From Candidatus Latescibacterota bacterium (GTDB lineage Bacteria; Latescibacterota; UBA2968; GCA-2709665), in the NCBI GenBank assembly GCA_965248435.1, contig OZ252100.1, positions 416,001 to 480,000 of the forward strand: DNA of 64,000 nucleotides, in the 5' to 3' direction. The notes under the pieces were generated by a model. That model was not told the origin of the DNA and searched no databases. It saw nothing but the letters and a program-made list of their open reading frames with translations. Shown here piece after piece: positions 34,527 through 44,510 of this stretch. How positions within the stretch are numbered: the stretch's first letter is position 1; each line of letters opens with the position of its first letter. The position numbers and the translations under genes were made by a program.

Positions 34527-35321
34527 TCAGGGTGCTCCCTTCAGCACAAACACCTCCTCGAGGTTCGCGAAGTTTACGCCCGCCTCAAGGATCACCTCGC
34601 GAAAGAGCCCACTCTCTTCCTCACCCAGTTCGGAAACCTTCCCCACGAGCAGTCCCTTCGGGAAAACGCCTCCGAGCCCGGATGACACCACGATGTCCTC
34701 TTCCTGGATGTCGACTCTAACCGGAACGTACTTCAGGTAGAAGGTGCCATTCTCACAGACCACGACGCCCTGAGCCCGCGCTGACTGCTGAACCACCGCA
34801 CTCACACGGCAGTTTCGATCCAGGAGCAACTGAACCACCGCTGTCCCATCGTGGGCTTCGAGCACGCGGCCAACCAGCCCGTCTGCTGTCACGACCGGCA
34901 TCCGATCCTGCACACCATCCTTGCGGCCCACATCTACGAGGATGGTATTGGCAACTCGATCAGCATCCCGGGCGATGACCCTTCCGGCGAGGAAGCCTTC
35001 CGCATCGACTTCCCGGGTCTTGAAGTTCAGCAGACCGTGAAGTCGGATGTTTTCGAACCGCGCCTCTCTGAGTTCCATCAACTCCAGAGAGAGACGCAGG
35101 TTCTGCTCCCGCAGAACCTGGTTTTCAAACCGTAGACCCGCGATGTCCATCGGCCACGTAAAGAGCCAGTGACCGGCCTTCAATAACTCGGTCGTAACCC
35201 CGCGGGCCAGACCCAGCTTTTTCGACGGCCCCAGTGCAATCAAGACCAGAGAAACGAGCAGGGTCAAGCTTAGCGCAACATACGCCTTGTTGACGCCCAG
35301 GAAGTGATAGAAGCGCTGCAT
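34527..35321 (-). CDS. mreC: Rod shape-determining protein MreC
   Basis: TM + coiled coil ENIRL..LL, GLVGRV, VVSSGLGGVFPKGL.VG; follows mreB. Confidence 0.93.
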   Translation of the reverse strand: MQRFYHFLGVNKAYVALSLTLLVSLVLIALGPSKKLGLARGVTTELLKAGHWLFTWPMDIAGLRFENQVLREQNLRLSLELMELREARFENIRLHGLLNFKTREVDAEGFLAGRVIARDADRVANTILVDVGRKDGVQDRMPVVTADGLVGRVLEAHDGTAVVQLLLDRNCRVSAVVQQSARAQGVVVCENGTFYLKYVPVRVDIQEEDIVVSSGLGGVFPKGLLVGKVSELGEEESGLFREVILEAGVNFANLEEVFVLKGAP

Positions 35322-35325
35322 TTAG

Positions 35326-36345
35326 CTACATGAGCACCTTTTGATACGATTCGATATTTTCCAGAATCCTGCCCGTCCCCCGAACGACGCAGGTAAGCGG
35401 ATCTTCTGCAACGATAACGGGGAGACTGGTTTCCTCCACTAGACGCCGATCGAGGCCGCGCAGCAACGCGCCTCCCCCCGTCATGATGATGCCCCGATCC
35501 AGGATATCGGCGGCAAGTTCCGGGGGTGTCTGTTCCAGGGTCTGGCGCACCGCGTCGATGATAGCATCTACATCCTCTTTCAGTGCATCCCTGATCTCGG
35601 AAGAGTCCACGACGATCGTTTTCGGGATCGAGGAGACCAGGTCCAACCCCCTGCAGGTATGCTGAATCTCGGTCTCGAGGATCCCGGCAGAACCCACGGA
35701 GCACTTGATCTCTTCGGCACTCCGGTCCCCGACGAGCAGGCTGTGCTTTCGTTTGAGGAACTGCACGATTGCGTCATTCAGTTCGTCACCGCCGACTTTG
35801 ATCGACCTCCAGGTCACGATCCCAGAGAGCGCGATCACCGCGATCTCCGTCGTGCCTCCGCCGATGTCGATCACCATCGAACCGACCGGATCTTCAACCG
35901 GAAGTCCGATTCCAACCGCAGCAGCCATCGGTTCCTTGATCAGGTAGACGTCACGTGCGCCAGCGCGTTCTGCAGATTCTCGAACCGCTCGCTTTTCGAC
36001 CTCGGTCACACCGGAGGGCACGCAGATGACAATCCTTGGTCGCACCAGGAGCTTGTTTTTTTGAACTTTTTTGATGAAAAACCGGAGCATCTCCTCCGTA
36101 ACTTCAAAATCGGCAATCACACCGTCCCGCAGGGGGCGAACGACGAGGATGTCCGGGTTCTCACGTCCCATCATCTCCTTGGCGCCCTTCCCGATGGCCA
36201 ACGGCTTCCCGGTCTTGGTCTCCAGGGCCACGATCGAGGGCTCGTTCACGACAATGCCCTCTCCCTTCACATATACGAGTGTGTTTGCCGTTCCGAGATC
36301 GATGCCGATATCGTTCGAGAGCAGCTTCGAAAGAGAGAATCCCAT
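35326..36345 (-). CDS. mreB: Rod shape-determining protein MreB
   Basis: DIGIDLGTANT, RPLRDGVIADF, VIDIGGGTTE, TGGGALL. Confidence 0.98.
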   Translation of the reverse strand: MGFSLSKLLSNDIGIDLGTANTLVYVKGEGIVVNEPSIVALETKTGKPLAIGKGAKEMMGRENPDILVVRPLRDGVIADFEVTEEMLRFFIKKVQKNKLLVRPRIVICVPSGVTEVEKRAVRESAERAGARDVYLIKEPMAAAVGIGLPVEDPVGSMVIDIGGGTTEIAVIALSGIVTWRSIKVGGDELNDAIVQFLKRKHSLLVGDRSAEEIKCSVGSAGILETEIQHTCRGLDLVSSIPKTIVVDSSEIRDALKEDVDAIIDAVRQTLEQTPPELAADILDRGIIMTGGGALLRGLDRRLVEETSLPVIVAEDPLTCVVRGTGRILENIESYQKVLM

Positions 36346-36352
36346 AACTCCC

Positions 36353-36949
36353 CTAACACTGAACGAGGACGCGACTCAGATAAGCCGCGATGGTCTGGTC
36401 GTAATGTGCGGTATGTTCAAACGCTTTGATGCAGAGCCGGGTCCGAGTGGCCTCTGACACCGAGCCCGCTGCTTCGAGTTCTGAGGCAACCCCAGGATAG
36501 TCGTCGGGATCTACGATCACGGTGACGAATGCATGGTTTTTGGCCGCGCTCCTGAGCATCGCGGGACCGCCGATGTCGATCTGTTCGATCGCCTCGTCGA
36601 TCGTCACATCAGCCCTGGCCACCGTCTCCTCGAACGGATAAAGATTCACCGCCAGAAGATCGATCATGCGGATGTCGTGGGCCTCGGCATCCCCAACGTG
36701 CCCGGGGTGATCGCGCCTGGCCAGCAGCCCTCCGTGAATACGAGGATGAAGCGTCTTGACGCGACCTTCCATCATCTCCGGGAATCCCGTGACTTCAGAA
36801 ACGTCCTTGACGGGCAGGCCGCCTTCTCGTAGCACCCCGGCAGTGCCCCCCGTGGACAGGATCTCGATCCCGATATTCGAGAGGCGGGTCCCGAAATCTA
36901 CTATGCCCCGCCTGTCAGACACACTGAACAGCGCCCGATTTACCGACAA
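36353..36949 (-). CDS. purH: IMP cyclohydrolase (stand-alone N-terminal half of PurH)
   Basis: ALFSVSD, STGGTA, GRVKTLHP, VNLYPF, IDIGGPAMLRSAAKN; ends before the AICAR transformylase domain. Confidence 0.9.
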   Translation of the reverse strand: MSVNRALFSVSDRRGIVDFGTRLSNIGIEILSTGGTAGVLREGGLPVKDVSEVTGFPEMMEGRVKTLHPRIHGGLLARRDHPGHVGDAEAHDIRMIDLLAVNLYPFEETVARADVTIDEAIEQIDIGGPAMLRSAAKNHAFVTVIVDPDDYPGVASELEAAGSVSEATRTRLCIKAFEHTAHYDQTIAAYLSRVLVQC

Positions 36950-36963
36950 AGAGCCAAACCTCG

Positions 36964-37842
36964 CTATCCAAGCAGCCGATCCCGGGCCTGCCGGTATTTG
37001 TCCAATGTCTGTTCAACAATTTCATCCGGCAGGGCCGGTGCCGGGGGTGTCTTGTCCCAGTCTACGGAATCGAGATAGTCTCTCACAAACTGCTTGTCGA
37101 AACTATCCTGTGAGCGTCCGGGCTCGTAAATCGATTTGTCCCAGAACCTGGAAGAATCCGGTGAAAGAATCTCGTCGATCAGGATGATGTCGCCGTTCAA
37201 GAGCCCGAACTCGAACTTGGTGTCTGCAATGATGATGCCGGTGGAATCTGCAAAGTCACGCGCAAAGGAGTAGATCGCGAGCGTCAGGTCCCTGAGCTTC
37301 CCACCCAGTTCAGGGGTTGTGATCTCACACATCTCTTCAAATGAGATATTTTCGTCGTGTCCGCTTTCCGCCTTTGTCGCCGGCGTGAATATCGGTTCCC
37401 CCAGCAGACTCGACTCCTTCAGCCCTTCGGGAAGCGAGATGCCGCAGACGCTTTGACCCTCTCGATACTCTCGCCAACCCGACCCCGCCAGGTATCCCCG
37501 CGCAACACATTCCACGTCGATCCGCTCCGCCTTTGCCACAAGCATAGACCGCCCTTCCAGCTGATCTCCATACCCCTTCAGCTCCTCAGGATAGGCCTCC
37601 ACGTCTGCGGTGATCAGGTGGTTCCGGACGATAGGCGCTGTCTTTTCGAACCAGAACAGTGACATTTCAGTCAGGATCTTGCCCTTGTCGGGAATCCCAT
37701 TGGGCATCACGACATCATAGGCCGATATCCGATCCGTGGCGACGATCAGAAGGCGGTCGCCGAGGTCATACACGTCCCTGACCTTCCCCTTCGCGAAAAG
37801 GGGCAGATCTCCGAGCTTAGACTCCTTCAATGCCTTTTCCAT
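36964..37842 (-). CDS. purC: Phosphoribosylaminoimidazole-succinocarboxamide synthase
   Basis: GKVRDVY, ATDRISAYD, ECVARGYL.GSG, IADTKFEFG, SFDKQFVRDYL. Confidence 0.97.
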   Translation of the reverse strand: MEKALKESKLGDLPLFAKGKVRDVYDLGDRLLIVATDRISAYDVVMPNGIPDKGKILTEMSLFWFEKTAPIVRNHLITADVEAYPEELKGYGDQLEGRSMLVAKAERIDVECVARGYLAGSGWREYREGQSVCGISLPEGLKESSLLGEPIFTPATKAESGHDENISFEEMCEITTPELGGKLRDLTLAIYSFARDFADSTGIIIADTKFEFGLLNGDIILIDEILSPDSSRFWDKSIYEPGRSQDSFDKQFVRDYLDSVDWDKTPPAPALPDEIVEQTLDKYRQARDRLLG

Positions 37843-37872
37843 ATACGCCTCTTATAAACTTACACCTTCACT

Positions 37873-38541
37873 CTACTCATCATTGCGAAGGATTCGGACC
37901 TCATCCCCCGCAACGCCAACCTTCCCTTCAGCGAACCAGCGAATCACCTCCGGATAGAACCGGTGTTCCACTTCCAGGACCCGCGCAGCCAGGGACTCAG
38001 GCGTATCCTCGGGATTTACTTTGACCGTCTCCTGTGCGACGACCCGGCCGTGGTCGTATTCTTCGTCCACGATGTGTACGCTGACTCCGGTGACTTCGAC
38101 CCCACTCTTGATCACGGCTTCGTGCACTCGAAGGCCAAACATCCCCTTTCCGCCGAACGCCGGCAGAAGCGCAGGATGCACGTTCAGGATCCGATTTGCG
38201 TATGCCTCGAGCACTTTTGGACCGAGTTTCTTCACGTAACCAGCCAACACAACAAGGTCCACCTGATGTTCCTGAAGAGCTTCAACGATCGCCCGGTCCA
38301 GCGCTTTCGGCTTCGGATGGGTACGACTGCTCAGATGCAGAACGGGGATACCTACACGCCGAGCCCGGTCTAGGGCCTTCGACCTGCTGTTGTTGCCGAT
38401 CACAACGCCCACTCGGATGGGGAGTTCGCCAGATGCCTTTCGGTCCAGGATCGCCTGGAGGTTGGTCCCGCCTCCAGAGGCAAGCACACCCAGACAGAAA
38501 GATGCCTCATCATTCGAATGAGTACGGCCTACCGAAGACAT
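37873..38541 (-). CDS. purN: Phosphoribosylglycinamide formyltransferase
   Basis: LASGGGTNLQA, LNVHPALLP.FGG, GVSVH.VDEEYDHG. Confidence 0.96.
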   Translation of the reverse strand: MSSVGRTHSNDEASFCLGVLASGGGTNLQAILDRKASGELPIRVGVVIGNNSRSKALDRARRVGIPVLHLSSRTHPKPKALDRAIVEALQEHQVDLVVLAGYVKKLGPKVLEAYANRILNVHPALLPAFGGKGMFGLRVHEAVIKSGVEVTGVSVHIVDEEYDHGRVVAQETVKVNPEDTPESLAARVLEVEHRFYPEVIRWFAEGKVGVAGDEVRILRNDE

Positions 38542-38764
38542 GCCGAATAATTGAATCCAAAGATGGAATCGACAAGAATTTGATCGAAACTTTCCGGAGT
38601 TGAGAGGAACAAAGGGTAGGACACTTACAAAACTTCAAGGTCCCGAGGACGCTATACGGGGGAGCCCCGAAATCCCGGGAGAGGAATCGTGAACGTGACC
38701 TAAAACCCGCTACGCACGACCACGGACCGCGAAAACCATAATCATAAAATAACTAACCCGTTGA

Positions 38765-38793
38765 ATGATAGGTGATTGGCCCCGTAAAGTCAA
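38765..38793 (-). promoter_or_regulatory. sigma70 promoter of the pur operon
   Basis: TTGACT-17 nt-TATCAT, about 220 nt upstream of purN. Confidence 0.6.
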
Positions 38794-38805
38794 GAAATTT
38801 GGCGG

Positions 38806-39312
38806 TCATTGGCGGTCTGCCGTCTGCTTCTCCGCGACCTCGATCAGCAGCCCGTCCAGTTTTAATATGATCTCTTCTCTCTTGTCCACGATTTCCCGTT
38901 CCTGGGTAGAGATCCAGTCCACGTCGGATTCCTTCAGCGTTCCGTCGGACCTGAAGGCCGCTACATCTTCCCGGTCGAGTACCTCCATCCGGCCATCTGG
39001 GTCGAACCAGAGGTCGAGAAGAAGATCCTGGTATTCCACCTCGTCCTCTCTGACTTCCAGTGCTTTGCAAATGTGGAATAGAAACCCCTTGAGCGCGCCG
39101 TCGACCCCACACATCTTCCATACCACGTAGCCACAGCCCGTTTCGTAGTAGGCAAATGTCGTCGATCCGACTTCGAAGCGCACATCCCCAACCTTACCTG
39201 GTTCTTCGTGCACATATCTGACGAGTGCGTATCCACCGCTCTGTTTCATCAACTCGCACTCGTACTTCTCGTCGGGCTTATCGAGATGTCGCTTGATCTC
39301 GAGGTAACTCAT
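38806..39312 (-). CDS. DUF402 domain protein
   Basis: YQDLLLDLW..PDG...VLD.ED motif. Confidence 0.8.
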   Translation of the reverse strand: MSYLEIKRHLDKPDEKYECELMKQSGGYALVRYVHEEPGKVGDVRFEVGSTTFAYYETGCGYVVWKMCGVDGALKGFLFHICKALEVREDEVEYQDLLLDLWFDPDGRMEVLDREDVAAFRSDGTLKESDVDWISTQEREIVDKREEIILKLDGLLIEVAEKQTADRQ

Positions 39313-39473
39313 CCCTTAACCAGATAGCAGATCAACATCGACCCGGAGGCAATGATCCAGCAGCTCCACTGGAGAAGCTTAGACTTCACTCCTGCCATTC
39401 CCGAGGAGATCGACTGCCCCAGGTAACTGGCCAGAAAAATGACCCAGAGCAGCGCACCCCATCCCGTTATCAT
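39309..39473 (-). CDS. Small two-helix membrane protein (54 aa, MITGWGALLWVIFLASY...)
   Basis: AAGGAG SD, two hydrophobic segments, ATGA stop/start overlap with the DUF402 gene. Confidence 0.7.
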   Translation of the reverse strand: MITGWGALLWVIFLASYLGQSISSGMAGVKSKLLQWSCWIIASGSMLICYLVKG

Positions 39474-39501
39474 TCGACGCTCCTTTCAACCCCAAATGTG
39501 A

Positions 39502-40245
39502 TCATTTTTGTAGCGCCTCTCCTGTCATTGGAACAAACCGCACGGAGATGATCTTCTCTTTCCTCAGTTCGGCCCCTTCCCTGACGAGCAGCATCAGCTC
39601 CTGCTCATCTCGGCCGAGCGGGAGCACCATTCGGCCGCCATCGCGGAGCTGGCTTACCAGGGGTTGGGGGATGTGATCGGGTGATGCCGTGACGATAATC
39701 GCATCGAACGGTGCCTTCTCCGGCCATCCGCGATAGCCGTCCCCAAGGCGGACACTGACGTTGGTGTAGCCCAGCTCGCGCAGCCTTTTTCCCGCCTGAG
39801 TCGCCAGGGGTTCAACGATTTCAATCGTGAACACACTGTCGACGTGCATCGCCAGCACCGCGGCCTGATATCCGGATCCCGTACCGACTTCCAGTACTCG
39901 ATCGCTTTTTCTCAGGTTGAGCAGCTCGGTCATAATCGCGACGATGTATGGCTGCGAAATGGTCTGCCCTTCGCCGATCGGCAGCGCACTATCGTCATAA
40001 GCTCGATCGTCTACGTCGGGTGGCACAAAAAGGTGTCGAGGCACTTCCGCCATGGCCTCGAGCACGCGTTTGGACTTGATCCCCCGCCGCTCCAGCTGGG
40101 TCTTCACCATTTTTTTTCGCATCAGCTCAAACCGTGCGTCGCCGTTCTGTCCGCGATCTTCCCCTTCTGAAACGGCGCCGCTGCACGAAGCCCCGAACAG
40201 AAGCAACATCCCGGCCCCGGCGCCCAACTTTACCCAGCCTTCCAC
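39502..40245 (-). CDS. pcm: Protein-L-isoaspartate O-methyltransferase (with lipoprotein-like N-terminus)
   Basis: [44 protein letters not shown]. Confidence 0.96.
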   Translation of the reverse strand: MEGWVKLGAGAGMLLLFGASCSGAVSEGEDRGQNGDARFELMRKKMVKTQLERRGIKSKRVLEAMAEVPRHLFVPPDVDDRAYDDSALPIGEGQTISQPYIVAIMTELLNLRKSDRVLEVGTGSGYQAAVLAMHVDSVFTIEIVEPLATQAGKRLRELGYTNVSVRLGDGYRGWPEKAPFDAIIVTASPDHIPQPLVSQLRDGGRMVLPLGRDEQELMLLVREGAELRKEKIISVRFVPMTGEALQK

Positions 40246-40367
40246 AGGCGATGATCTCCGATGGCGTGAGAAGAAGCTATGCTTGACCGCAGGCGACGGA
40301 CCAAGGGCGGCTCAAGGCCTGAGAAATCGGCCGATCCATTTAGCGGACTCCCGGTCTGTCGCCTGAT

Positions 40368-40869
40368 TCAGGTCGACGCCTTATGCCTTTCCTTGTGATC
40401 CATTCCCGGACAGTAAGTATGTCTGCTGTCGTCGGGTGCAAGAAACAGACCGTTGCAGTAATGACAACGCCCCAATCTTCCAACAAAAGCGCCAGAAAGA
40501 AACCTGCCCAGGCTTGCGTACATCCCTGCGACTCCTTGTATGTTCGCAAAGAGAAAGGGCCTTGCTTCGAACGCGTGTGCAAGATCTGTCCAGCGAGCGT
40601 CGGGGGAAAATTGCGGGTTCGGCACGATCGTCTGGTCCATGAGCTTCAAGTTGCCGCTGATCTCCTCAGCGATCTCTGTGAAGGCGCTGAGTCTCTCTAC
40701 GCGTTCTTTGGGCATGCTGTCCAGAAAACGGTGAAGCAGGACCAACATGTGATCGACGGCGTTCCCACCATTCTCTCAGATTCAGGAACCGGACCCACTC
40801 CGCTTCCTCTTTGCTCAGGAAGGAGACAACCGGTGCTTCAATAGTCGATCGATCCTTGTTCGCTGCCAT
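40368..40869 (-). CDS. Hypothetical protein with C-terminal CGNR-like zinc finger, apparently frameshifted near 40775
   Basis: ORFs 40666-40869 and 40368-40748 join across a (GA)3 tract; CHYC..F.....YC...H motif. Confidence 0.5.
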
Positions 40870-40928
40870 TTAGAGAAGCGGCTCCTCACAAACTGATGGA
40901 AAATTTCAAGGGTGCACCGAATTCCGCG

Positions 40929-40960
40929 AAAAAAAAAGGCCGCCTCATCAGAGACGGCCT
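40929..40960 (-). terminator. Intrinsic terminator
   Basis: GGCCGTCTC-tgat-GAGGCGGCC followed by T9. Confidence 0.85.
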
Positions 40961-40979
40961 AGATTGGTACGATCTTTGA

Positions 40980-41789
40980 TCACTTCAAAAGCATCATCCG
41001 CCGAATTTGCGCGAAATTTCCGGCCTGGATTCGATAGATATAGATTCCACTCGCCAGCTGCCGCCCGTGTTCGTCCCTGGCATCCCAGTCCGCCGTATAA
41101 AACCCGGCATCGAGCGCTTCATTCACGAGGGTCCGGACCTCCTGCCCAAGCACATTGTAAATGACCAGACTCGCGTGCGCCTGCTCAGCCAGCTGGTAGC
41201 TGATCGTCGTGGTAGGGTTGAAGGGATTAGGCACATTCTGGTCCAGCCCGAAATCCTGTGGGAGAGCCCTCAGATCACCGACCTCTATGTTTTGGATTTC
41301 ATCGATGTTTCCTTCCAGGTCGACCAGAATGCCCTCGGCGATCTGAAAATCGGAAGGTAAGGGTGTATCGATGGCCTTGAACGTGACCTCGACCAACCTG
41401 CCTTCACCATCTGCGCTCTCTCCATCAACCTTCATAGATCCCAACGCCAGCCTTCCGGGCGTTCGATTCGAGGAGAGAAACAGGGTCGGCTCTCCGCTTC
41501 CGGTGTCCAGCAGGTTTCCTTCCCCCTCCTGGGCCTCTACGAACTCGTACTTTGCTGGATCGAATTGAAGCACAAACCCATAGCCTTTCAGCTGCTCGGT
41601 TTGGCCTATCCTGACCTGAAGCTTCAGGATCCCATCTTCTGCCTTGCGCGGATCCGCGCGTTCCAGCGTCAGTTCTGCGAATGCGTTCTTGCCCCCGGTG
41701 ATTTCTAGACCACTTGTGAGGTCTCTTGCCACGGCGGAAGTCGCCAGGATGAGCCCCCCACAGACCAATGCGGTAACACTCGATTTCAT
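40980..41789 (-). CDS. Secreted cohesin-domain protein with FlgD-Ig / T9SS-type C-terminal sorting domain
   Basis: GGAGG SD; signal peptide; LKGYGFVLQFDP...GEGRLVEVTF; L.QN.PNPFNP.T.I.Y...IYN.LGQ.VRTL...SGIY.Y...MMLLK. Confidence 0.88.
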   Translation of the reverse strand: MKSSVTALVCGGLILATSAVARDLTSGLEITGGKNAFAELTLERADPRKAEDGILKLQVRIGQTEQLKGYGFVLQFDPAKYEFVEAQEGEGNLLDTGSGEPTLFLSSNRTPGRLALGSMKVDGESADGEGRLVEVTFKAIDTPLPSDFQIAEGILVDLEGNIDEIQNIEVGDLRALPQDFGLDQNVPNPFNPTTTISYQLAEQAHASLVIYNVLGQEVRTLVNEALDAGFYTADWDARDEHGRQLASGIYIYRIQAGNFAQIRRMMLLK

Positions 41790-42003
41790 TCTCACACCTC
41801 CTGTTTTTACTGGTGCATCCTGCACCGAGTCGGCCTACGATCAGGCCTTTTCCTACAGTATTAATTATCGGCACAAACGCCACATCTCACTCAAAAAATT
41901 TACAGCCTAACTCTCCATTTGTCAACTAGTTTTCCCGTTCGGGGGACTCAGAAGAGGCCTCAGAATCGCCATTCTGGGGCGTTCCGAGCAAGATAATTGC
42001 CCT

Positions 42004-43530
42004 CTACGAGCCTTCCGAACTGTCCCTGAAATATCCTAGAATTCCCTCCACCATTCCGGGAATGGAGACCTGATTCGGGGGAGGCTCCGCGACAACGCGG
42101 AAACCTGCATCTCTCGCCGTCCTGGAGGTGACCTGACCAATACACGCTGCAGGCAGACGGCTCGTGACACCATCCAGTATCTCGGGACCGACCAGTTCTG
42201 CAAAATTCTTGACCGTGGATGAGCTGGTGAACGTCACCAGGTCCATCTCTCCACCGGCCAGTCGGTCCCTAACGGATTCTGGAATCCCCTCTGGCCGTTC
42301 TGTCCGATATGTTGTAATCTCGGTCACGTCGCCTCCTCTGTCCCTAAGGCCCTCTACAAGCACCTTTCTACCGATCTCGGACCGCGGAACCAGAAATCTT
42401 CGCACCGAAATGTCCACCTGATTCACGAGGGCCTCAAGGAGACCTTCCGCAACATGATTCGATGGGGTCAGATCTTCGCGGAGGGAGTATGTCGCAAGCT
42501 TTTCTGTTGTCGCGGGACCCACCGTCGCGACTTTGGTTCCCTTCAGGATCCGCAGGTCCTTCCCCAGGGCCAGGATCCGTCCAAACAGCCGCTCAACTGC
42601 GTTCGGACTCGCAAACACGATCCAGTCGAACTCTTCGATCTGAGAGATCGCCCGATCCACAGGAGACCAGTCTTCAGGATCCTGGATACAAATCGTGGGT
42701 ACCTCGACGACCTCCGCGCCCTGCTCCCGCAGGCTTCGAACGAGGTCGCTGTTTTGCGTACGGCTTCGGGTCACCACGATGGATCGGCCGAAGAGGGGGC
42801 GAGACTCGAACCAGGAAAGGTCGAAACTAGCGACCTCCCCAACGATGATCGCAGCAGGGGCCTGGATCTCCATCCGACTCAGGTCTCCCAAGGTTCCTCG
42901 GGCGGTTTCCTGATGCGGCAGACTGACCCAGCGTACGGCCGCAACCGGTGTATTTGGAGAAAGCCCGCCGGCCATCAACCGTTGCGCGATCTCGGCGCGA
43001 TTACCCACGCCCATCAGAATGACCAGCGTGCCGTTCACCTGAGATAACGCCTCCCAACGCACATCGGTTCCCGACTTTTTTGGATCCTCGTGGCCGGTCA
43101 CAACCGTCACGTTCCCGGAAACTCCCCTATAGGTCAAGGGAATCCCGGAGTAGGATGCAGCTGCAGTCGCGCTCGACACGCCCGGGACCACCTCGAATTC
43201 GATGCCGGCCTCCTTCAAGCTCCCGGCCTCCTCCCCACCGCGCCCGAAGATGAATGGATCGCCGCCCTTCAAACGAACGACTCGCTTTCCGGCCGCGCCC
43301 TTCTCGATCAACAGCGCGTTGATCTCCTCCTGCTGCATCGCCTGAAAGCCCGCGCGTTTTCCGACGTAGATCTTCTCGCAGGCTGGTTCTGCCTCATCGA
43401 TCAGGGCTTCGTCCACAAGATCATCATAGAGCAGCACTTCAGCTGCCTGGATACAGTGCAGCCCTTTCATGCTGATGAGCTCAGGGTCTCCGGGCCCCGC
43501 ACCAACGAGGGTTACTTTGCCCTTTTTCAT
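42004..43530 (-). CDS. cobA: Uroporphyrinogen-III C-methyltransferase / uroporphyrinogen-III synthase fusion (CobA-HemD)
   Basis: LVGAGPGDP, RLKGGDPFIFGRGGEE; C-terminal PLFG..VVTR, FTSSSTV. Confidence 0.96.
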   Translation of the reverse strand: MKKGKVTLVGAGPGDPELISMKGLHCIQAAEVLLYDDLVDEALIDEAEPACEKIYVGKRAGFQAMQQEEINALLIEKGAAGKRVVRLKGGDPFIFGRGGEEAGSLKEAGIEFEVVPGVSSATAAASYSGIPLTYRGVSGNVTVVTGHEDPKKSGTDVRWEALSQVNGTLVILMGVGNRAEIAQRLMAGGLSPNTPVAAVRWVSLPHQETARGTLGDLSRMEIQAPAAIIVGEVASFDLSWFESRPLFGRSIVVTRSRTQNSDLVRSLREQGAEVVEVPTICIQDPEDWSPVDRAISQIEEFDWIVFASPNAVERLFGRILALGKDLRILKGTKVATVGPATTEKLATYSLREDLTPSNHVAEGLLEALVNQVDISVRRFLVPRSEIGRKVLVEGLRDRGGDVTEITTYRTERPEGIPESVRDRLAGGEMDLVTFTSSSTVKNFAELVGPEILDGVTSRLPAACIGQVTSRTARDAGFRVVAEPPPNQVSIPGMVEGILGYFRDSSEGS

Positions 43531-43589
43531 CCACCTCTCCGAAAAACCCTAGATGCGTTCCGCGTCACGGTATCGTCTTTCATGAATCG

Positions 43590-44510
43590 CTACCTCAGAC
43601 TTTTCAAAATCTCGCCGGCCCCATCGGACAGGAGCTGGTCCGCCAGCGCCTGACCGAGTGCTTCCGAGGCCGAGGCGACACCCTCAGTCTGTCCTTGCAC
43701 CACACGGCTGCCATCCGGCAGTGCCACAAGCCCGTCCAGCACCATCCCGCTGCCCTCTTCACGTGCCCACGCGCCGATCGGTACCTCGCATCCCCCCTCG
43801 AGCGCACGGAGCATGGATCGCTCCGCCGTCACCGCACGGCGACTGGCCTTATCCTCCAGATCCGATACGATCTCCTCCACACCCGACTCTCTCGATCTGA
43901 CGGTAACGGCCATTGCGCCCTGTCCGGGGGCTGGCAGAATGCGGTCAGCGGCCAGGTACTCAGAGATCCGATCACGGAGGCCCAGCCGCTCGAGACCTGC
44001 GGCCGCCAGCACGACGGCATCCAGATCCTTCGCTTCCAGACTGTCGATGCGCCTCTCCACGTTCCCCCTCACCCCTTCGATCCTCAGATCAGGCCGGATG
44101 TTTAGGAGTTGCGCCTGCCTGCGGAGACTGCTCGTTCCCACGCGTGCCCCTTCTTTCAGCTCCGTCAAGTTTTCTCCTTTTCGACTTACCAGGGCATCCC
44201 TCACATCCGCCCTCGAGCTGACCGCTCCGATCTCCAGACCCTCCGGCAGTTCAGTGGGCAAGTCTTTCAGGCTATGCACGGCAAGATCGACCCCCCCATC
44301 CAGGAGCGCTTCGTCGATCTCCTTAGTAAAAACCCCCTTCCCGCCGATCGCGGAAAAGGGGGCATTCGAAATTCGGTCCCCTTTAGTACGAATGACCTGA
44401 ATCTCGACTGTAAGATCAGACCTGCGTTCCAGGAGGCCCTTTCGTGCCCACTCCGCCTGCCACAAGGCTAGGCGGCTACCTCGACTCCCTATGACCAGGT
44501 GTTTGGCCAT
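43590..44510 (-). CDS. hemC: Hydroxymethylbilane synthase
   Basis: GSRGS.LALWQ, GGKGVFTKE, AVHSLKD, GTSSLRR, LEGGC. Confidence 0.97.
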   Translation of the reverse strand: MAKHLVIGSRGSRLALWQAEWARKGLLERRSDLTVEIQVIRTKGDRISNAPFSAIGGKGVFTKEIDEALLDGGVDLAVHSLKDLPTELPEGLEIGAVSSRADVRDALVSRKGENLTELKEGARVGTSSLRRQAQLLNIRPDLRIEGVRGNVERRIDSLEAKDLDAVVLAAAGLERLGLRDRISEYLAADRILPAPGQGAMAVTVRSRESGVEEIVSDLEDKASRRAVTAERSMLRALEGGCEVPIGAWAREEGSGMVLDGLVALPDGSRVVQGQTEGVASASEALGQALADQLLSDGAGEILKSLR

